From Gaiellaceae bacterium (lineage in GTDB: Bacteria > Actinomycetota > Thermoleophilia > Gaiellales > Gaiellaceae), in assembly GCA_049288455.1 (NCBI GenBank), contig JBAQHS010000298.1, forward strand, positions 1 to 62,154: a stretch of DNA of 62,154 bases, written 5' to 3'. The position numbers and the translations under genes were made by a program. Below are positions 56,062 to 62,154 of the stretch, one piece after another (position 1 is the stretch's first letter; the number at the start of each line of letters is the position of its first letter). The notes under the pieces were generated by a model. It was not told where the DNA came from, ran no database searches, and was given only the letters and a program-made list of their open reading frames with translations.

Positions 56062-57378
56062 ATGAGTGTCGGCGTCGAGTCCCTTCCCGCACTGCCCAGC
56101 GAGCTTCGCCCGCCGCTCACCCGCGACGAGGCCGTGCTCGAGGCCGATCGCTGTCTCGCATGCGGAGGTCTCTGGGCGGCGGCGCCGTGCACGGTGGCGT
56201 GCCCGGCTCAAGTCGACGTTTCCTCGTTTGTCGAGTCGCTGTCAGAAGGCGACGTTCGGTCCGCTGCCGAGACCATCTACGCTGAGAACATCCTCGGCGG
56301 AACGTGTGCGCGCGTCTGCCCGGCGGAGGTGCTTTGCGAGGGCGCGTGTGTACTTGCACATGAAGGACGGCGGCCGATCCAGATCGCCGCGCTGCAGCGT
56401 TTCGCGACTGACTGGGCTCTCGAGGCCGGGCAGCCGCTCCGGCCGGTTGCGCAGCCCACGGGGCACACGATCGCCGTCGTCGGCGCCGGACCTGCTGGGC
56501 TCGCGTGCGCGGGGGAGCTCGCGGCGCGAGGCCACTCGGTCACGGTCTTCGAGACACGCGACGAGGTCGGCGGTCTCGTTCGCTTCGCAATCGCGCCGTA
56601 TCGCATCGAGCGTGAACCGCTTTCGGCGGAGCAGCGTGCCCTGGAAGCGCTCGGGGTTCGGTTCGAGCTCGGCGCGCCTGTGACCTGCCTCGCTCGCCTC
56701 GCCGGGTTCGATTTGGTGTTTCTCGGAGTCGGTCTTGGGAAGGACGTGCAGCTCGAGCTCCCCGGTGATGACCTCGCCGGTGTCTGGGACTCGCTTCCGT
56801 TCATCGAGGCATTGAAGACCGGTGCGCCGCCCGATGTCGGCGGAAGCGTGGTCGTGATCGGCGGCGGCAACACTGCGATCGACGTCGCACGCGAATCGCT
56901 TCGACTTGGTGCGACGAGCGTCGCGGTCGCATACCGCCGGACGCGCGAAGACATGCCGGCTTACCAATTTGAGGTCGATGAGGCCGAGGACGAAGGCGTC
57001 CGCTTCCAGTGGTGCGCACAGCCGGTGCGGCTGCTCGGTACCGACCACGTCACCGCCGTCGAGTGCCTTTCGATGCGCCCCGGCGAACCGGACGCCAGCG
57101 GCAGGCGCCGGCCTGTGGCGGTTCCCGGCACGGAGTTCGAGTTGCGCGCGGACACGGTCGTCAAGGCGATCGGGCAGCAGGCACGGCCCGAGCTCTCCGG
57201 CCGTTTCGGCGGAATCAAGCTCGCGCACGGCGACCTGATCGCCGTCGACGAATCGGGCCGGACGAGCAATCCCCGCGTGTACGCGGGCGGCGACGCCGTC
57301 GACGGCGGGGCAAGCGTCGTCGAGGCTGTCCGCCAGGGGAAGCGTGCCGCGCTTGCGATCGACGAGGGCCTCCGATGA
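56062..57378 (+). CDS. GltD/NfnB/SudA-family FeS flavoprotein (NAD(P)H-dependent oxidoreductase, glutamate-synthase small-subunit-like)
   Basis: Two N-terminal Cys clusters 'CLACGG...CTVACP' and 'CARVCPAEVLCEGAC'. Dinucleotide folds 'IAVVGAGPAGLACAGELAARGH' and 'VVVIGGGNTAIDVA'. 'YAGGD'. Start ATG 56062 (ORF track 56026). Confidence 0.8.
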   Translation: MSVGVESLPALPSELRPPLTRDEAVLEADRCLACGGLWAAAPCTVACPAQVDVSSFVESLSEGDVRSAAETIYAENILGGTCARVCPAEVLCEGACVLAHEGRRPIQIAALQRFATDWALEAGQPLRPVAQPTGHTIAVVGAGPAGLACAGELAARGHSVTVFETRDEVGGLVRFAIAPYRIEREPLSAEQRALEALGVRFELGAPVTCLARLAGFDLVFLGVGLGKDVQLELPGDDLAGVWDSLPFIEALKTGAPPDVGGSVVVIGGGNTAIDVARESLRLGATSVAVAYRRTREDMPAYQFEVDEAEDEGVRFQWCAQPVRLLGTDHVTAVECLSMRPGEPDASGRRRPVAVPGTEFELRADTVVKAIGQQARPELSGRFGGIKLAHGDLIAVDESGRTSNPRVYAGGDAVDGGASVVEAVRQGKRAALAIDEGLR

Positions 57379-57914
57379 GCGAGACGACTGAGATCCGCTG
57401 GCACGCGCGCGCCGGCCAGGGCGCGAAGACCGCGGCCCAGGTGCTCGCGCTTGCGCTGATGCGCAGCGGCAAGAGCGTGCAGGCATTCCCCGAGTACGGG
57501 CCCGAACGCCGCGGCGCTCCGCTGCGGGCTTTCACGCGCACATCCGATCGCCCGATTCGCCGCCACGACTCCATCACAGAGCCCGACCTGGTCGTGGTTC
57601 TCGAGCCGACCCTCGTCCACGAGTCTGATGTCGCTGACGGCCTGCAGCCCGGAGGGCTCGTGCTCGTCAATGCCGACGAGCCGCCCAGCGAGCTGGCCGG
57701 AGTCGCCGTGCGCTGCATTCCGGCGACGCGGCTCGCGGCGGCGGATGGCTCGGGCTTCGCCAACGTCGTCATGCTGGGCGCCGTCGCGGCCGTCCTCGGC
57801 GAGCCACCGCTCGAGTTCCTCGAGGAGGCCGCCGCGGAGCAACTCGCGCGCAAGGCGGAGCCGGCTGCGGTGCGTGCAGCCGTGCGGAAGGGATACGAAT
57901 GCCTGACCACCTGA
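57375..57914 (+). CDS. porG: 2-oxoacid (pyruvate):ferredoxin oxidoreductase gamma subunit
   Basis: 'IRWHARAGQGAKTAAQVLALALMRSGKSVQAFPEYGPERRGAP' is the canonical POR/KOR gamma signature. ATGA overlap with the upstream gene. Confidence 0.85.
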   Translation: MSETTEIRWHARAGQGAKTAAQVLALALMRSGKSVQAFPEYGPERRGAPLRAFTRTSDRPIRRHDSITEPDLVVVLEPTLVHESDVADGLQPGGLVLVNADEPPSELAGVAVRCIPATRLAAADGSGFANVVMLGAVAAVLGEPPLEFLEEAAAEQLARKAEPAAVRAAVRKGYECLTT

Positions 57915-58186
57915 GCGAGTGGCGTGACTTGCCGGTGGGAGGGCGCGTTTCGCCCGGAACCGCGATGCAGCCACGCACCGGCGGCTGGCGCACGGGTGTC
58001 CGTCCGGAGGTCGACCTGTCGGCCTGCGTGAACTGCCTGCTCTGTTGGATCTACTGCCCCGATTCCGCGATCACGCTCGACGGCACCACATTCACGGGCT
58101 TCGACTACGACTTCTGCAAGGGCTGCGAGGTGTGCGCCGAGGTGTGCCCGGTCGCAGCGATCTCAATGGTCGAGGAACGGTCATGA
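57899..58186 (+). CDS. porD: 2-oxoacid:ferredoxin oxidoreductase delta subunit (2x[4Fe-4S] ferredoxin)
   Basis: 'CVNCLLCWIYCP' and 'CKGCEVCAEVCP' clusters, 95 aa. Overlaps porG by 16 nt. Confidence 0.85.
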   Translation: MPDHLSEWRDLPVGGRVSPGTAMQPRTGGWRTGVRPEVDLSACVNCLLCWIYCPDSAITLDGTTFTGFDYDFCKGCEVCAEVCPVAAISMVEERS

Positions 58187-59331
58187 AGGAGCTCCTCACC
58201 GGCGGCGAGGCGGTTGCGCATGCGATGAGGCAGATCGATCCGGACGTCGTCCCGGTCTATCCGATCACGCCGCAGACGCCGATCATCCAGGGCTTTGCCA
58301 GGTTCGTCGCGGACGGCCGCGCGCACGCGGAGCTTGTCGATGTCGAGTCCGAGCACTCCGCGATGAGCGCGGCGATCGGCTCCGCACTCGCCGGCGCACG
58401 GACGATTACGGCGACCTCATCGCAGGGGCTCGCGCTGATGGCCGAGGTCGTCTACATCGCCGCGTCGATGCGCGCGCCGATCGTGATGGCGGTTGGCAAC
58501 CGTGCACTCTCCGGACCGATCAACATCCATTGCGACCACTCGGACTCGATGCTGATCCGCGACTCGGGCGTGATCCAGCTCTTCGCCGAGAACGCCCAGG
58601 AAGCGTATGACTTGATGATCGCCGCTCCGCGGATCGCCGAGCACCCCGGCGTGCTGCTGCCGGTGCTCGTGTGCCTCGACGGATTCACGATCACCCATGC
58701 CGCGGAGCCGATCGAGCTGCTCGACGACGAGGATGCACGCCACTTCGTCGGCGACTACGACCTGCCTCTTCCGCTGCTCGACGTCGGGCTTCCGGTCACT
58801 CACGGCCCGTTCGCAATGCCCGACAACTACTACGAGCTGCGCCGCCAGCAAGCTGCCGCGCTCGACTACACGCATGTCGCGCTCGAGGAAGTCGCAGAGG
58901 CCTTCATCGCGCTCTCCGGGCGCAGGCTGCAGGCGATCGAGGAGTATCGCCTGGACGGGGCCGAGCGCGTGATCGTGGCGCTCGGATCCACCGCGGGCAC
59001 CGTGAAAGACGTTGTCGACGAGCTGCGCGCAGAAGGCGAGCACGTCGGTCTCGTCCGCATCTGCTCGTTCCGGCCGTTTCCAGCGGTCGAGCTCGCTGCG
59101 GCGCTCGCGGGGGTCGACACAGTGATCGTGCTCGACCGTTCTGACTCGCCGGGCGGCACACCCGCCCTCCATGCAGAGGTGGCCGCGGCGCTCTACGGCA
59201 GCGACTCCGCCCTGCACGGTCACGTCTATGGCCTCGGCGGGCGCGACCTGCATCCCGCAGATGTGCGCGACCTCTTCGCCGGCGGCCAGCCGGCCTACTA
59301 CGGAGTGCGAGGTGAGGAATGTCCCGCCTGA
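58183..59331 (+). CDS. porA: 2-oxoacid:ferredoxin oxidoreductase alpha subunit
   Basis: Start ATG 58183 (ATGA overlap). 'LTGGEAVAHAMRQIDPDVVPVYPITPQT', 'ESEHSAMSAAIGSALAGARTITATSSQGLALM'. Confidence 0.88.
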   Translation: MKELLTGGEAVAHAMRQIDPDVVPVYPITPQTPIIQGFARFVADGRAHAELVDVESEHSAMSAAIGSALAGARTITATSSQGLALMAEVVYIAASMRAPIVMAVGNRALSGPINIHCDHSDSMLIRDSGVIQLFAENAQEAYDLMIAAPRIAEHPGVLLPVLVCLDGFTITHAAEPIELLDDEDARHFVGDYDLPLPLLDVGLPVTHGPFAMPDNYYELRRQQAAALDYTHVALEEVAEAFIALSGRRLQAIEEYRLDGAERVIVALGSTAGTVKDVVDELRAEGEHVGLVRICSFRPFPAVELAAALAGVDTVIVLDRSDSPGGTPALHAEVAAALYGSDSALHGHVYGLGGRDLHPADVRDLFAGGQPAYYGVRGEECPA

Positions 59332-60263
59332 AGACCCTCGTCCGCAACCAGAACGGCGTACCGCCATTGCGCGGCGGCCATTCGCTCTGCCAGGGCTGCG
59401 GGATCCCGCTTGTCGTCCGGACGGTACTCAGCACGATCGAGAGGCCGGTGGTCGTGGTGAACGCCACGGGCTGCCTCGAGGTGGCAACCACTCGTTATCC
59501 GACCACGGCTTGGAACGTGCCGTGGATACACGTCGCGTTCGAAAACGCCGCCGCAGTCGCGAGTGGTGTGGAGAGCGCACAGCGCGCGCTTGCGCGCCGT
59601 CAGGGGCTTCCCGCGGGTGAGGTCGCGATTGTCGTTTTCGCCGGTGACGGCGGCACCTACGACATCGGAATGCAAGCGCTCTCCGGTGCGTTGGAGCGCG
59701 GTCACCGCTTCCTCTTCGTCTGTTACGACAACGAGGCGTACATGAACACGGGCATCCAGCGCTCTGGCGCGACCCCGTTCGGCGCGAGCACGACCACGAG
59801 CCCTGCCGGCACCGAGAGCTTTGGCAAGGCGCAACGGCGCAAGGACATGACTGCGATCGCCGTCGCGCACCACGTGCCATACGTCGCTCAGGCGGTTGCG
59901 AGCCACTGGGACGACCTGAGCCACAAGGTCTCGGCGGCAGTCGCGGTCGACGGGCCGTCGTTCCTGAACGTGCTCACCGACTGCCCGGTCGGCTGGGGCC
60001 ATGAGCCCCGGCTGATGCCAAGGGTCCTCGACGCCGCAGTCGAATGCCTGTTCTGGCCGCTCTACGAGGTCGTCGACGGCCGGTACACGATGAGCTACGA
60101 GCCCGAACGGCCGATCCCGGTTGCGGACTGGCTCCGGCTCCAGAAGCGGTTCGCCCATCTTCTCCAGCCAGATGCACGAGAAACGCTCGATCACATCCAG
60201 CAGCAGGTCGAGGCGGACTGGCACGACCTCATCGAGCTGTGTGCCGGGAGGTGCTCACAATGA
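59319..60263 (+). CDS. porB: 2-oxoacid:ferredoxin oxidoreductase beta subunit (TPP-binding)
   Basis: 'CQGCG', 'GCLEV', TPP motif 'FAGDGGTYDIGMQALSGALERGHRFLFVCYDNEAYMNTG'. Confidence 0.88.
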   Translation: MSRLKTLVRNQNGVPPLRGGHSLCQGCGIPLVVRTVLSTIERPVVVVNATGCLEVATTRYPTTAWNVPWIHVAFENAAAVASGVESAQRALARRQGLPAGEVAIVVFAGDGGTYDIGMQALSGALERGHRFLFVCYDNEAYMNTGIQRSGATPFGASTTTSPAGTESFGKAQRRKDMTAIAVAHHVPYVAQAVASHWDDLSHKVSAAVAVDGPSFLNVLTDCPVGWGHEPRLMPRVLDAAVECLFWPLYEVVDGRYTMSYEPERPIPVADWLRLQKRFAHLLQPDARETLDHIQQQVEADWHDLIELCAGRCSQ

Positions 60264-62154
60264 GTGACAAGCTCGTTTTCGACTTCGATGAACGATGTGA
60301 CGGGGGCCGCGAGTTGCTCGGCGGCAAGGGTCTCGGCCTCGCCGAGATGACCGCGCTCGGCCTGCCCGTCCCTGCAGGTTTCACCATTACGACCGAGGCG
60401 TGCCGCGAGCATCTCGCGCACGGCGGTGAGCTGCCCGACGCGTTGCGGGCGGAGATCGATGACCACCTCGCCGCGCTCGAGCGCCGTACCGGAAAGCGCT
60501 TCGGCGATCCGGTCGATCCACTGCTCGTCTCCGTGCGCTCAGGCGGCCCCGTCTCGATGCCCGGGATGATGGAGACGATCCTGAACCTCGGCCTGAACGA
60601 CACCGCGGTTCGCCAGGCGCCTCCGGCTGCCGTGCACTTCCTGCTCGACGCGTACCGGCGCCTGATTCAGATGTACGGCGAGGTGGTGGAGGGCATCGAT
60701 CCCTCGGCCTTCGCCCGCGAGCTCGAGCGACTCGAGCAACGACGTGGCGGACCGCTTCGAAACGGAGATCTTCAAGAGCTCGTCGACAGCTTCCGCGGCA
60801 TCTATCTCGAGGCCACCGGCGCAGACTTTCCGCAGGATCCGCGCCGGCAGCTCTTTGCCGCGGTCGCAGCAGTGTTCGACTCCTGGAATGCGCCGCGGGC
60901 GTGTGTCTATCGCGAGACCTCCGGGATCTCGAACGACGCTGGCACCGCCGCGAACGTCGTGCAGATGGTCTTCGGCAACCGTGACGGCAGGTCAGCGACC
61001 GGCGTCTGCTTCAGTCGTGATCCAGCCACCGGAAAGCCGGGCCTCTTCGGCGAGTTCCTCGGCGAGGCCCAGGGCGAAGACATCGTCGCGGGCACGCGCA
61101 CACCGGAGCCGGTCGAGCGGATGAAGCAGATCCTTCCGATCGCCTATCGGCAGCTCGAAGCGTCGGTCGCGGAGCTCGAGCGGCATTACCGGGATCTGCA
61201 GGACGTCGAGTTCACGATCGAAAGCGGTCGCCTCTTCCTGTTGCAGACTCGAGGGGCCAAGCGAACAACCACTGCCGCGCTGCGGGCAGCAGTCGACATG
61301 GAATCCGAGGGCCTGCTCACGCGGATCGAGGCGGTCCAGCGGATCGACGCGGGACAGCTGGAACAACTGCTTCATCCGACGATCGATCCGCGCGCGGACG
61401 TCACTGTCATTGCCACCGGTCTGTGCGCCTCACCGGGCGCTGCATCTGGTCTCGCAGCGTTCGACGCAGACACCGCTGCCGCACGAAGCGCCGCGGGTGA
61501 AGCAATCATCCTCGTCCGGCCCGAGACGACCGCAGACGACATTCACGGGTTGCTGCCCGCGCGCGGCGTCCTGACGGCGCGCGGAGGCATGACCTCGCAC
61601 GCCGCTGTTGTCGCGCGCGGGCTCGGGAAGCCGTGCGTTGCGGGCTGTGCTGCGCTCGAGGTCGACCTCGACGAGAACATCGCGCGAATCGGTGACGTCG
61701 TCATCCGCGAGGGCGACCCGTTGACCATCGACGGGAGCACGGGTCACGTCATCCTCGGTCTCGCGCCGCTCGTCGAGCCCGAGCCGGATCCGAATCTCGC
61801 GACGATTCTCGCCTGGGCGGACGACGTCCGTCGCTTGAAGGTGCTCGCGAACGCGGACACGCCGCTCGACGCAGCACGCGCGAGAGAGAATGGGGCGGAG
61901 GGAATCGGCCTCTGCCGCACCGAGCACATGTTCATGGCCGCCGATCGGCTGCCGATCATGCGCGAGATGATCCTCGCGTTGTCGGCCGACGAGGCAGCGG
62001 CGGCTCTCGCGCGCCTCCTGCCGCTCCAGCAGTCGGACTTCGAAGGGATCTTCGCCGCGATGAGCGGTCTGCCGGTGACCATTCGCCTGCTCGACCCGCC
62101 CTTGCACGAGTTTCTCCCCGACCCCTCGGAGGTCGACGACGAGCGCACGCGCGA
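60260..62154 (+). CDS. ppdK: Pyruvate, phosphate dikinase (3' end beyond the window)
   Basis: Not in the supplied ORF track because no stop lies in the window. Hand translation from ATG 60260 (ATGA overlap with porB) is open to nt 62154. Strings include 'LLGGKGLGLAEM', 'VSVRSGGPVSMPGMMETILNLGLN', 'FLLQTRGAKRT', phospho-His loop 'TARGGMTSHAAVVARGLGKPCV', 'GIGLCRTEHMF' and 'IRLLDPPLHEFLP'. Confidence 0.9.
   Translation, partial: MSDKLVFDFDERCDGGRELLGGKGLGLAEMTALGLPVPAGFTITTEACREHLAHGGELPDALRAEIDDHLAALERRTGKRFGDPVDPLLVSVRSGGPVSMPGMMETILNLGLNDTAVRQAPPAAVHFLLDAYRRLIQMYGEVVEGIDPSAFARELERLEQRRGGPLRNGDLQELVDSFRGIYLEATGADFPQDPRRQLFAAVAAVFDSWNAPRACVYRETSGISNDAGTAANVVQMVFGNRDGRSATGVCFSRDPATGKPGLFGEFLGEAQGEDIVAGTRTPEPVERMKQILPIAYRQLEASVAELERHYRDLQDVEFTIESGRLFLLQTRGAKRTTTAALRAAVDMESEGLLTRIEAVQRIDAGQLEQLLHPTIDPRADVTVIATGLCASPGAASGLAAFDADTAAARSAAGEAIILVRPETTADDIHGLLPARGVLTARGGMTSHAAVVARGLGKPCVAGCAALEVDLDENIARIGDVVIREGDPLTIDGSTGHVILGLAPLVEPEPDPNLATILAWADDVRRLKVLANADTPLDAARARENGAEGIGLCRTEHMFMAADRLPIMREMILALSADEAAAALARLLPLQQSDFEGIFAAMSGLPVTIRLLDPPLHEFLPDPSEVDDERTR

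Noticed and set aside
1-62154. Window-wide look for CRISPR arrays, restriction-modification, toxin-antitoxin pairs, retrons, CBASS/Thoeris-like cassettes, transposases and prophage genes.
   Set aside because: I saw no repeat-spacer periodicity, no nuclease/methylase/reverse-transcriptase/TIR/SIR2-like motifs and no mobile-element genes. The only STAND-type protein (27121-30084) has no adjacent effector and is reported separately with low interest.

Overview
High-GC (roughly 70% by eye) chromosomal segment. The gene content and the polA-rpsA-coaE neighbourhood look like an Actinomycetota-type genome; that taxonomy is inference only. All functions were assigned by eye from motifs, with no searches run.

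I call about 60 protein genes, one tRNA-Leu(CAA) and several GC-rich hairpins. I found no rRNA, CRISPR array, transposase, integrase or recognisable defence cassette.

Gene blocks in order:
- 1-10.9 kb: a mostly overlap-coupled corrinoid methyltransferase / C1-folate cluster. It holds a B12-binding protein, MetV-like and MetF-like genes, a methyl-THF:corrinoid methyltransferase, a RACo-type activator, DUF1638 and a non-Pyl MttB-family methyltransferase. These are joined to an aldehyde dehydrogenase, a BetA-like choline dehydrogenase, an FTCD-like protein and a homocysteine S-methyltransferase.
- 11-12 kb: a secreted Cys-repeat protein, a membrane protein and tRNA-Leu.
- 12.3-16.4 kb: livHMGF without a binding protein.
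- 16.7-21.5 kb: an ABC-2 exporter, a LarA-like protein, LysE and a GNAT.
- 21.5-27.1 kb: polA, a VOC protein, rpsA, coaE and a lytic transglycosylase.
- 27.1-30.1 kb: a zinc-ribbon / class III cyclase / STAND / TPR protein.
- 31.3-35.3 kb: an Rrf2 regulator and cysA-cysW-cysT-sbp.
- 36.3-42.9 kb: a DrrAB-like exporter with a divergent MarR, and a heterodimeric ABC exporter pair.
- 43-50.4 kb: a secreted alpha/beta hydrolase, then two tandem ABC systems with a small membrane protein and DUF4389.
- 50.7-54.3 kb: a membrane protein, a structured leader, mgtA and a small Cys-rich membrane ORF.
- 54.4-62.2 kb: usp and gap, then an overlap-coupled gltD-like-porGDAB-ppdK operon. ppdK runs off the window and is missing from the ORF track.

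Most interesting observations:
- The choline/betaine-linked corrinoid demethylation cluster.
- The flavoprotein-POR-PPDK operon.
- Two genes (LarA-like, cysT) with no canonical start codon where homology says the protein begins.
- A duplicated 24-nt palindrome-bearing motif in a convergent intergenic region.
- The mgtA leader and the downstream micro-ORF.
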